Source: Deltaproteobacteria bacterium
Lineage (GTDB): Bacteria > Bdellovibrionota > UBA2394
Direction: 5' to 3'
Assembly (NCBI GenBank): GCA_017302715.1
Contig: JAFLCD010000012.1
Span: 480-64,479 of the forward strand
Length of the DNA: 64,000 nt
In this document: piece by piece, positions 31,201 to 38,833 of the stretch
Numbering within the stretch: position 1 is the stretch's first letter
Layout of the letters: each line of letters opens with the position of its first letter
The notes under the pieces: generated by a model
What the model saw: the letters and a program-made list of their open reading frames with translations, nothing else
Databases searched by the model: none
Told to the model about the DNA's origin: nothing
Program-made: the position numbers and the translations under genes

Positions 31201-31453
31201 TATCTCGCTTCATATAGAATAAACTGCGCGGACCCACCGCCACATTTTCTGGAAGTTCGGATAAAATCAGATCGCGATTGGCGATATCGGTCGCACGAAT
31301 AGAAGAAACGGTAGAAGTTTTTGAAGAGAAAATAAAAACACGGGAAGTAGCACCGCCGCGAACTTGAAGGTCACCGGTTCCGATCAGTGACGGACCTTGA
31401 GGCATGACCGCATCTACGTGTCCGACGAGGGCAAAGAGAATGGCAAGCAGCAT
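28214..31453 (-). CDS. Large (1079 aa) Ser/Thr-rich secreted surface protein with YVTN-type beta-propeller repeats
   Basis: Signal peptide; repeated ~40-aa units (KLYVANMKSNSVSIFNSATNA..., PYDVAVNPSTNAVSVVHEGSTTIS...). Confidence 0.6.
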   Translation of the reverse strand: MLLAILFALVGHVDAVMPQGPSLIGTGDLQVRGGATSRVFIFSSKTSTVSSIRATDIANRDLILSELPENVAVGPRSLFYMKRDTSTEFVFTNQARNKIYYGTNVSGVPVISSLSCTGFQEISDIHIAESASGTTYRLIVADKKANTVYSYTLTPNTTTLCSSALSASIASPQWIQSTTAADPTIFVGYQNATGLILRSYQGSTMSALTAAETMSESRHAQFGKPLYDLDSSELFVTIQSNNNHTIGVATTTFGNDYIRHYNTGFTSSTTFSTCRSPVQMMRDFESASRYRYVFCPSDKLVNIYDTSDVFVKSISAGENPIKMLVGSDGTNRFVAVMQSDRKLILHKTAIASNPTHTFTTTTITLPVVMNDIGHYGALDSAVLVSNTGNAISIVDLTTQAISDTLYQPQSIDSIAAQSTSVMHFVSTAANTAYSLSELSSSNWRLRHFNVQTSPVQIGYRTNRLYVLNRGSNSLSVINLASNAVTNLSTQTRPVHFDFNATANRLWAVNETSQSVTTIDITSGSEAFVSNTALSITPKKIIYQSADTPATLYVGGSNKVVALRASNMAVQATHTLPGSFTDIALQTTGAIASSMNGMSFSTVTPTTSTDATLSSSPHLLSGNGNKVIAGLLNETALVNSDGESKTLSPFSRVFSSGVSSSSNIFTYYPSKKSVGIFPIANMSSTTFANQTLPIDVDPAVTAFDGSEMVWMADFSKPVVQRISALHQRESLASALNNTASDIVSWTAKGRIYVSLRSINAIGILNASTSALSIYSVCDSPTELALDTTNSKLFALCSSSDSISVLGLDTNGDLASIGFLSTQKRPMAMAVSTANSKLYVANMKSNSVSIFNSATNAAISHVSVSTDPYDVAVNPSTNAVSVVHEGSTTISTINGTTNAVTSTDSLIYFGLREAVYNPTSAVLYALSPSTKSMYTNFTSGFRLTTNLALSASPLHISTSVGTTYLKTYVTYPGADVVRIFNESGSSSDVATGSMPLHAYAVDSATKTFISNFSDDSLTVLNLSTDAVAATVSLTSGCGPTKMMEITITAVKYLYVLCQSNDSLEIVNTSSNAVGTPISLRF

Positions 31454-31522
31454 AAAGCTTTATCGGAAATTTTTTAGAAAAAATAAGAGTTCTAAAAATG
31501 CTGCTGCGCTTTCAAAAGCTTT

Positions 31523-31921
31523 CTAAGGAGAAACATTCAGAGTTTTCCAATTTTGAATAGCTTGTAAAAGTGAGTCAGAATTAGTGCTGCAATTGTTCCA
31601 ACAGTTGTGACCGCCTTGAACCTTCAAATAAATTCGAGAGAGTTGAGGCGTATCAAAATCCACTAAGCCTGCGGAGTTCATAATCGTATTGAAAGAAGAT
31701 TGAATATCATTGGGGAGAGCAAAGAAAGGAGCTTGAGTGGTCGCATGACAAGAGGAGCATCGATCTTTTAATATAGGATAAAGTGTCTGGCTAAAGTGTG
31801 TGGCTGATGCTGTCGCCGATTCTGTTTGCAATTGTGGAATATCTAAACTTCCGCCGCAAGCTGAAGCAAGGAGGAGCAAACTTCCCAAGGCAAAATAAGA
31901 ATGTGAAAATATTTTTTTCAT
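31523..31921 (-). CDS. Lipoprotein with single CxxCH motif, PSCyt1 (DUF1549 N-terminal 'planctomycete cytochrome c')-like
   Basis: Lipobox LLASAC; LYPILKDRCSSCHATTQ matches the F..I.PIL...C..CH pattern of PSCyt1. Confidence 0.5.
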   Translation of the reverse strand: MKKIFSHSYFALGSLLLLASACGGSLDIPQLQTESATASATHFSQTLYPILKDRCSSCHATTQAPFFALPNDIQSSFNTIMNSAGLVDFDTPQLSRIYLKVQGGHNCWNNCSTNSDSLLQAIQNWKTLNVSP

Positions 31922-33447
31922 TACGTTGCCTTTTTAAAGATCAAATATTTTGAATAGTTTGCCCCTTCAAAAGGATCTGATCCATTTCCTCCCGGTAAAC
32001 TTTTTAATTCAGACTCGCGACCTGAGAGCGCCAAATAATTAAGCGCCACTGCTTTTGCCATATTCGTTGGAGAATTATTTGCGGTGATTAAATAAGAGAT
32101 ATCAACTCCTGAAGTAGTGAAAGCTCCGACTTGTCGTCCGCTGTTTTGCACTTGAGCTCCGCGAGTCGCGCCCGGAATATAACTGAAAACGGCGCAGACC
32201 GATGCCGCACCATTATCGCCAGGTCGACTTAAAAATCCGTCCCCTCCAAAAGTAGGGTTCTGCGCATTGCCGAGATTGCTGACCGATGTGTCCGCTGCGC
32301 TTGTTCCCATTCCACCGTCTGTGATCACGTGAATGAAAAGAGGTTTTCCGATTCTCGCGGCGTAGTGGAGCATTTTTCCAACTTCAGCTCCTGCTTGAAA
32401 GCCTTTTTGTCGTGTTTCGGTTGCCGTATTATCGTGTGAGTCATATCCGCCCAATGTGATTGTTCCAACACCAGAAAAATTTTGCATCACGAGTCGTGTC
32501 ACCACCGCACTCGCGTTATTGGCGAGATTTGTCGTGGCGTAAGCCACAGCCAAATCATCAGTAGATGAAATGGGATCGTTTGGAAAAATTTGTGTGGGTT
32601 GAAAATTGCTGAGTAAAGAATCGGCGTTGATGTAACCACACTGAACCAGCTCATCGATTTGTTGAGTAAGATTCATATTACGAAAATCTCGAAGTTTGGC
32701 GCTGCTCATTTGAGCTGTCGCGGTTCTAATTTTTTGCATTCGTGCAGCGCCCAAAGCGTCAATTAAACCACCGCGATCGACAATAGATTGAGCGCCTCTT
32801 CGATTGGCGACTCGGATAGGACGATAAGCAGAAACTTCTGAACCTACGGCTGCCGAGGCATTTCCACCCGAAAGGGAGCCTTCGGTTCCGATAGAAGGAA
32901 GAAGTTGCCCTGATCTTCCTGCGGCTGAAACAAGATAGCCTGCATTGTGTGCATTGATGCTCGTGTCGTCGTTAGATGTTCCACAGAGAATGAATCCGTC
33001 GACAGAATTTCTAAATTGCGAAGGCAAGAAAGCATTTAGGCCAGCAAGAAAACTGGAGTCGGGATGCATCGCCACTCCGTAAGTGGTGTCGGGTGCGATC
33101 GCAGCGCCATTTCGAATCGCTCCGTATTTTAAATTCGCAGGAATTCCGGAGACGATGTTGCTTGAAAGAAAATCCATTTGTCCGCCCCGTCCTCCGGGAA
33201 CAAAATCTTGAGCCATGGGGTAACCACCCGCGAGATCCAAAGTGATAAAAGCAATTTGATTGCTCATCGACGCATTCGAGCAGCTTGCAGGTGTGGCTGC
33301 GTAAACGTCTTTGAATAAATAAGAAAAAATATTGGGCATTAAAATGCTACCCACGCCGGCCATTAATCCCTGCGCAATAAAATCACGGCGAGTCACCGGC
33401 TTTTTGTGATTCTCATGTTGAAATATTTTTTTCTTCTGTTGTTTCAT
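31921..33447 (-). CDS. TAT-exported DUF1501-like (sulfatase-fold) protein
   Basis: Twin-arginine signal VTRRDFIAQGLMAG; IAFITLDLAGGYPMAQDFVP and GGYDSHDN resemble DUF1501 WLSGG...D.FDPKP / GGWDTH motifs; alternative start 33498. Confidence 0.55.
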   Translation of the reverse strand: MKQQKKKIFQHENHKKPVTRRDFIAQGLMAGVGSILMPNIFSYLFKDVYAATPASCSNASMSNQIAFITLDLAGGYPMAQDFVPGGRGGQMDFLSSNIVSGIPANLKYGAIRNGAAIAPDTTYGVAMHPDSSFLAGLNAFLPSQFRNSVDGFILCGTSNDDTSINAHNAGYLVSAAGRSGQLLPSIGTEGSLSGGNASAAVGSEVSAYRPIRVANRRGAQSIVDRGGLIDALGAARMQKIRTATAQMSSAKLRDFRNMNLTQQIDELVQCGYINADSLLSNFQPTQIFPNDPISSTDDLAVAYATTNLANNASAVVTRLVMQNFSGVGTITLGGYDSHDNTATETRQKGFQAGAEVGKMLHYAARIGKPLFIHVITDGGMGTSAADTSVSNLGNAQNPTFGGDGFLSRPGDNGAASVCAVFSYIPGATRGAQVQNSGRQVGAFTTSGVDISYLITANNSPTNMAKAVALNYLALSGRESELKSLPGGNGSDPFEGANYSKYLIFKKAT

Positions 33448-33451
33448 AAAA

Positions 33452-34138
33452 TTAAAAATAAATAACAGGGCCACTTCCAAGAGCAGCTGCACACACACCG
33501 TTCATGGCATTCTTTAAAGTCGTATTATTATCTGCAAATCCTGTAGCGAGATCGCCCGATAGAGTGACCAAACTATTGATGGCGTTTTGTCGACTAACGG
33601 TGGGAGCAATTTCTTCTCCCCAAAATCTTTTAAGCATAAATTCGGCAAAGGTATATTTTTGCGTCGAGCTCCCCAATAAGTCAGAATATTTTTTTGCACC
33701 AAAAGTACCAGTGGTTGTTCCAAAATCAGTGCCGTTGAAAAAATTAATTCGGTTAGTTTCTGAATTAATGAGTTCAATACAAAATTGAGAGGCAAAATTC
33801 ATAATCGATATCAGCTGATTGGCTTGCAGCGATTGAATATCATTTGAAGTGGGTAAACTGGGTTTGTTTGTATTGTAATAGACATTTAAATTTCCGTTAT
33901 TGCTAGCGGGATTAATTCCTGTTGCTGACACCATGCTTGCAAAAATCTGTTCGTAGTTTTTTACTCCAACACCTTGTAAGCCTGTCGAGTCATCCGCAGT
34001 TGAATTATTAGAAGAAATGGAATTCACCGTCATTTGACATCCGCTCATCCCCAAAGTGATTAACGTCATCGAGGAGATGAAAGTGGTGGAGTAAATAAAT
34101 TTTATAAAAATATCCTTCATTTTTATTTTCCAAAACAT
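33452..34138 (-). CDS. Hypothetical secreted/lipoprotein (228 aa)
   Basis: N-terminal hydrophobic signal with Cys; no family recognised. Confidence 0.35.
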   Translation of the reverse strand: MFWKIKMKDIFIKFIYSTTFISSMTLITLGMSGCQMTVNSISSNNSTADDSTGLQGVGVKNYEQIFASMVSATGINPASNNGNLNVYYNTNKPSLPTSNDIQSLQANQLISIMNFASQFCIELINSETNRINFFNGTDFGTTTGTFGAKKYSDLLGSSTQKYTFAEFMLKRFWGEEIAPTVSRQNAINSLVTLSGDLATGFADNNTTLKNAMNGVCAAALGSGPVIYF

Positions 34139-35439
34139 AATTTTGAGGTTTCTGCAAAGAGGGCTCTCATATTATAAGCACCCGAAGCCGAATAATTTGA
34201 ATACTCAGGAAATCCCGTTTCAAATTTTCTGGCGATGGTGATCAATAAATTTGTTTCAGCTGCGCTAGGAGCTCTTAAGCAAATTCGGCTAAAAACTTTT
34301 GTCGCCATATTTTCTGAGAAAGCTTTAGTGGCGGCGAGCATTCGTCCGAAGCTTTTGATTCCTTTTCCAGAAGTGAGAGAAGGAGTATTCGCATCTGTTC
34401 TCCATCCTAGATTTGCATTAGGACCTGTCGACCAAAAATTGAGCCACGTATTATCTTTTAAGCGATAGCCGCTTGGAAAAACCGTATCTTGTCTAAATTG
34501 TTTCGTCTGAACGGTTCGTCGGTAAGTAATGATTTCGCTCGGAAAATCGATATAGGCGAAAGCTCCCGCAAGCGCATCGAGATTTCCGTGACAACCCATA
34601 CAAGTATTAAGAAAAGTTTGAGAGTTTCCTCCAGGAAGTCGGTCAACGTCCTGACGAACACGTGCATCCGAAACATTGGCGTCGTGAAGCTGCGATAAAT
34701 CTTTTCCTAAAAATCCCCAGAACGCATAACGCACGGGTCTTCGATTTGTTCCTGCCGAATAAAATTCTAATCCCCACTGACGAGTGGTGAGTAAACCCGA
34801 AACATCTTCTGCATTGAGAGGAGAGTCTTGAGTCAGAGCAAAAATATCACTTTGACGTCTAGCCATCAGCAAGTTTGGCCAATTAGAAAAGCGCTCCAAA
34901 TCTGAGTAATGAAAAAAATCTCTAAATAAAGTATTCGGATTTGCAGCTCCCGGGATCACTAAGAGTGGACGAATTTTTCCATCTTGAAAATTATCTACGG
35001 GTTGTCGAACTAAACCTGGGTTCGTTTGTAAACTTTCGAGTCCTGTATAAATCACATCTCCATAAAGAACTTGATCGAAGGATTGATTGTTGATGATGAG
35101 GCCAACAATTGTTGCCGTGAAATCATTCAAAGCTAAGTCATTGGTTTGGGCTTTATTAGAAAGTGGATTAAATAAATTTTTAATCGTCAGTTTATAAAAA
35201 TTAACATCATTCATCGCAATGAATGCCGCTTGGGCTGTTTGACCATTTTGAAGAAAAGTCGTTAAGCTTTGTAAAGTTGAAAGGCTAGGAGATACGCCCG
35301 TAAATCGAGAGTAAAGTCTTTGAGCCTGATCTTGCGCGTTTTCGGTATCCAAATTGGCGGCAGAAATTTCGGCGCGCGCGACAAAAGCCACGTAAAAAAG
35401 AATGAGTAGTTTTTGGAGACACCCACGCATGCCTCTCAA
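34123..35439 (-). CDS. Secreted protein with single CxxCH motif (planctomycete DUF15xx/PSCyt-like)
   Basis: Signal peptide; FLNTCMGCHGNLDALAGAFAYIDF resembles the C..CH..D..G.A.E.FD block of planctomycete cytochrome-like DUF families. Confidence 0.45.
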   Translation of the reverse strand: MRGMRGCLQKLLILFYVAFVARAEISAANLDTENAQDQAQRLYSRFTGVSPSLSTLQSLTTFLQNGQTAQAAFIAMNDVNFYKLTIKNLFNPLSNKAQTNDLALNDFTATIVGLIINNQSFDQVLYGDVIYTGLESLQTNPGLVRQPVDNFQDGKIRPLLVIPGAANPNTLFRDFFHYSDLERFSNWPNLLMARRQSDIFALTQDSPLNAEDVSGLLTTRQWGLEFYSAGTNRRPVRYAFWGFLGKDLSQLHDANVSDARVRQDVDRLPGGNSQTFLNTCMGCHGNLDALAGAFAYIDFPSEIITYRRTVQTKQFRQDTVFPSGYRLKDNTWLNFWSTGPNANLGWRTDANTPSLTSGKGIKSFGRMLAATKAFSENMATKVFSRICLRAPSAAETNLLITIARKFETGFPEYSNYSASGAYNMRALFAETSKLCFGK

Positions 35440-35570
35440 AAATGCAAATATTAGGCCGCTGAGATTTTTTACTAAGCCATCGATATTATTGATGAAAAAT
35501 TCAAGACATTTCTAAAACTTTGGCATTTCTGCCCGGCCCCAAGCAATTTTCGTCGCGCAAGATTTGCACA

Positions 35571-35618
35571 GGGGGTCGGGTCGGAAAGGTGCCAGGTCAG
35601 CTTTCCGACCCGACCCCC
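35571..35618. repeat. GC-rich palindromic element, copy 3 (short variant, 15-bp stem)
   Basis: ggggtcgggtcggaaaggtgccaggtcagctttccgacccgacccc; same arm/loop sequence as copies at 2874 and 4845; sits 5 nt past stop of OMP gene. Confidence 0.6.
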
Positions 35619-35623
35619 AAAAA

Positions 35624-36775
35624 TCAAAAATGATATTTCAAATTCGCGTGGGCGCGGAGGTAACTCAAATCGATTTTGGCGTCGGTATAAGTTTGCGAAA
35701 TTCGAGTGCTCGATGCGCTTGAGCCTTTTCCTTTGGCCGTCATCATCTCTGCAGTTAAATCCGACGACCAATGATCAGCCCATCGATATCCAAAACTTCC
35801 GGAAAAAATAAGTGGAATACTATCCGCCGAAATTCCCGGCGACTGAGTTCCATCTTCCGAAAATCCGGCCCCAAGAATAGCCGTCGCGCCTGCTGAATAC
35901 ATAAAATCTTCGGCGAATTTTCCTTCAACCTTAAAAGGAATCGCAATTCCCTGAGTCGTCGTTTCAACAAAGAGCAAAGTATTTTGAACCGGATTTAAAT
36001 CGGGCGAAACATCGAACATATAAAATCCAAGTCCGAGTCCTAAACGCACATAAGAATTTGCTGAAGAATAAATTTCATATTTAAAAAATGAATTCGCCGA
36101 AAAAGTATGTGTATTAATTTGATAACCTGCACCTCGCACTTCAGCGACTTCAAATTGAGGACCCAACGTTAATCGATACATTCCGTAATGATATGCACTT
36201 TCGAAAGTCCAAAACGCAGCGCGATTCCAAAGTGTCATTTGCAAAAGCGAAAGATCAAGGGCAAGTCCCGTACTCAATCCAGAAAAGTCATATTTATAAA
36301 TGGTGTTGCGCGAGCCCGATTGCAAGCCCGTCAATTTGTATTGAAGTTTTTGCATTCCTAAATCGAGATGAATCGAACCTTTGTCAGAAATTCGTCCCGA
36401 CCAAAGCCAAAGATAGCGATCTGATTCGAGCGGATTTTTTTCTGCAGATTTAGTACCAGCAACAGATGGTTGCATAATCGGAGCCGCTCTTTCGAGCGCG
36501 AGTTCGCCCTTCACCCATCCACGAAAATTTAAACCCTCTTTTGAAATAACTTCGACTTCGTACCAAAGTCCATCCGAGCGCAGAAAAACAACTTTATCCT
36601 CTAAAGTGATCTCCTTTAATACAGCCGCGTCCGCAGCAGGAGAGACGCGCAACTCTCGCGAATAAGTTGTACCCGGCGGCGGCTTGAGCGGACTCAGTCC
36701 CGTCGGAGAAGCCGATTGCGCGTAGAGAAGTGGAGTACCTAAAATAGAAAGGATTAGATAAAGTCTAAAAAGCAT
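35624..36775 (-). CDS. Putative outer-membrane beta-barrel protein with N-terminal SH3b-like domain
   Basis: Signal peptide, SH3-like segment (DGLWYEVEVISKEGLNFRGWVKGELA), beta-strand pattern, C-terminal ...KYHF. Confidence 0.4.
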   Translation of the reverse strand: MLFRLYLILSILGTPLLYAQSASPTGLSPLKPPPGTTYSRELRVSPAADAAVLKEITLEDKVVFLRSDGLWYEVEVISKEGLNFRGWVKGELALERAAPIMQPSVAGTKSAEKNPLESDRYLWLWSGRISDKGSIHLDLGMQKLQYKLTGLQSGSRNTIYKYDFSGLSTGLALDLSLLQMTLWNRAAFWTFESAYHYGMYRLTLGPQFEVAEVRGAGYQINTHTFSANSFFKYEIYSSANSYVRLGLGLGFYMFDVSPDLNPVQNTLLFVETTTQGIAIPFKVEGKFAEDFMYSAGATAILGAGFSEDGTQSPGISADSIPLIFSGSFGYRWADHWSSDLTAEMMTAKGKGSSASSTRISQTYTDAKIDLSYLRAHANLKYHF

Positions 36776-36817
36776 GGTAGTTCATTATAAGAATTAACGC
36801 AGAGGAAAACAAAACGA

Positions 36818-37453
36818 TTGTCTGAAAGTTTTAGCGATTACCAGCCCATACCAACAAACGGTCCCCACTCACATCTTCTTCCTCGGGACATCGGTTGGAT
36901 CGAAGTGATCACAGGTAGTATGTTTTCTGGAAAAACCGAAGAGCTTCTTCGGCGAATTAAACGTTCCGTGATCGCGAAACAGCCTACGATTTTATTTAAA
37001 CCTAAACTCGACACTCGATATTCGACCGATCACGTCGTCTCCCACGATCAAGTGCGCTATCCATCGGTTGCGGTCAAAGATCCGCACGATATGATTCGCC
37101 TCGCGAAAGATTCTCTCGTTGTTGGAGTCGATGAAGCTCAGTTTTTTCCCGTCAGTTTAGTAGAAGTTTGTAATGAACTCGCCATGTCCGGAAAACGAGT
37201 TATTGTGGCCGGTCTCGATCAAGATTATCGAGGTCAGCCTTTTCATCCGCTTCCCGAACTTTTGGCGATTGCCGAATATGTGACCAAGCATCTTGCGATC
37301 TGTGCAAAATGCGGAAATCCAGCGACTCGCAATCAACGTCTCGTCGCTGCAGGCGACCAAGTTCTCTTGGGCTCGCTTGAATCTTACGAAGCGCGCTGCC
37401 GAAAATGTTTCGAACCTCCTCAAGAGGCTCGAGCAGTCGCTGCACAATCTTAA
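36818..37453 (+). CDS. tdk: Thymidine kinase
   Basis: P-loop GSMFSGKTEEL; C-terminal zinc ribbon CAKCG...CRKC; ~22-aa N-terminal extension. Confidence 0.85.
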   Translation: MSESFSDYQPIPTNGPHSHLLPRDIGWIEVITGSMFSGKTEELLRRIKRSVIAKQPTILFKPKLDTRYSTDHVVSHDQVRYPSVAVKDPHDMIRLAKDSLVVGVDEAQFFPVSLVEVCNELAMSGKRVIVAGLDQDYRGQPFHPLPELLAIAEYVTKHLAICAKCGNPATRNQRLVAAGDQVLLGSLESYEARCRKCFEPPQEARAVAAQS

Positions 37454-37511
37454 ATTATGTTCTGTTCATGAATTCATATTTAATTAATGAGTAAATAGAA
37501 GGAGAAATCGT

Positions 37512-38138
37512 ATCGCTGACTTTGAAAAAAAAGATAATATTCGCGTTAACCATCAAATTCGCGCGGCCAAAATTCGAGTTGTTCTCGAAGACGGCGCTCA
37601 ATTGGGAGTCTTAAGTCCTTATGAGGCGTTGAAGGAAGCGGAGAAGCGGGGTCTTGATCTCGTTGAAATTTCTCCCAAAGCGTCGCCACCGGTTTGTAAA
37701 CTGATGGACTTCGGAAAATTCAAATATGAATTGAAGAAAAAGGCTCAAGGCTCCAAAAAAGCTAACGCGGGTAATGTGGTTAAAGAAGTTACTCTTTCTC
37801 CTCAGACAGATGTGCATGACCTCAACTTTAAGATGAAAAACTCCCAAAGATTTTTGGAAGAAGGGCATCGAGTAAAAGTCATGGTTAAATTTCGTGGTCG
37901 CGAAATGGCCCACCCCGAAATCGGTCGAAAGCAGATGGAGAGAATCATGGAGTCTCTTAAGGAATTCGGAGTGCCAGAGTCCGATCCAAAGATGGAAGGC
38001 CGGATGCTGATGGCGGTTTTTGTTCCCATGGCTCAAGCCTCTAAAATAGCTGCGAAAACCAAGACTCCAGAACCGGTTAAGGCAAAACCAGCTGACCCCT
38101 TAAAGTCTAAATTGATCGTGCCCCGTAAGCAGGGTTAA
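37512..38138 (+). CDS. infC: Translation initiation factor IF-3 (non-AUG start, likely AUC/AUU-class)
   Basis: Frame upstream of ORF-track start encodes ADFEKKDNIRVNHQIRAAKIRVVLEDGAQLGV matching IF3 N-terminus; in-frame ATC at 37512 is 8 nt after GAAGGAGA. Confidence 0.8.
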   Translation: MADFEKKDNIRVNHQIRAAKIRVVLEDGAQLGVLSPYEALKEAEKRGLDLVEISPKASPPVCKLMDFGKFKYELKKKAQGSKKANAGNVVKEVTLSPQTDVHDLNFKMKNSQRFLEEGHRVKVMVKFRGREMAHPEIGRKQMERIMESLKEFGVPESDPKMEGRMLMAVFVPMAQASKIAAKTKTPEPVKAKPADPLKSKLIVPRKQG

Positions 38139-38202
38139 GACTCATAAATCTTAGGATTTGTTGATTGATTCTCGGGCGGCTACAGGGTTAGATCTCTCAC
38201 TT

Positions 38203-38403
38203 ATGGGTAAGCTTAAATCTAATCGTTCCGCGATGAAGCGGTTTCGCGTTACAGCCAAAGGCAAAGTAAAGCGAAAAAGAAATCACTTAAAACACATTTT
38301 GACGACGCATCCAAAAAAGGTGAAGCGACGTTACCGAAAGAAAACTTATGTTCGCGAAACCGAGCAAAGACATATGGAAAGGCTAATGCCCTATTCATTC
38401 TAG
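38203..38403 (+). CDS. rpmI: 50S ribosomal protein L35
   Basis: MGKLKSNRSAMKRFRVTAKGKVKRKRNHLKHILT. Confidence 0.85.
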   Translation: MGKLKSNRSAMKRFRVTAKGKVKRKRNHLKHILTTHPKKVKRRYRKKTYVRETEQRHMERLMPYSF

Positions 38404-38436
38404 TTTTCGGTAAAAGAAATTTAAAAAGGAAGATCT

Positions 38437-38787
38437 ATGAGAGTTAAAGGCGGAACAAAGTCCAAAAATCGAAGAAAAAGAGTCTTAAAAAAGACAGAAG
38501 GTTTTACCGGAAGAGCTCGTAATACATTAGTTACAGCTACCGAAGCTCTCGATCGCGCGATGGCGTTTAACTATCGCGATCGAAAAGTTTTAAAGCGAAA
38601 CATTCGCTCTCTTTGGATCACTCGTTTGACTGCGGCGGCTCGTGCTCATGGAACTTCCTATAGCCGACTGATCAACGCATTGAAGACAAAGAAAATTGAT
38701 CTCAATCGCAAGATGCTCGCCGACTTAGCAGCAACCGAACCAAAAGTTTTCACTCAGATTTTAAAAGTCGCTGGTTTAGCGAGCTAA
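38437..38787 (+). CDS. rplT: 50S ribosomal protein L20
   Basis: MRVKGGTKSKNRRKRVLK...AFNYRDRK... Confidence 0.9.
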   Translation: MRVKGGTKSKNRRKRVLKKTEGFTGRARNTLVTATEALDRAMAFNYRDRKVLKRNIRSLWITRLTAAARAHGTSYSRLINALKTKKIDLNRKMLADLAATEPKVFTQILKVAGLAS

Positions 38788-38833
38788 GCTAAAATCGAAT
38801 TTTCGAATTTCACTTTTTACGTTAAGCTTCTCC

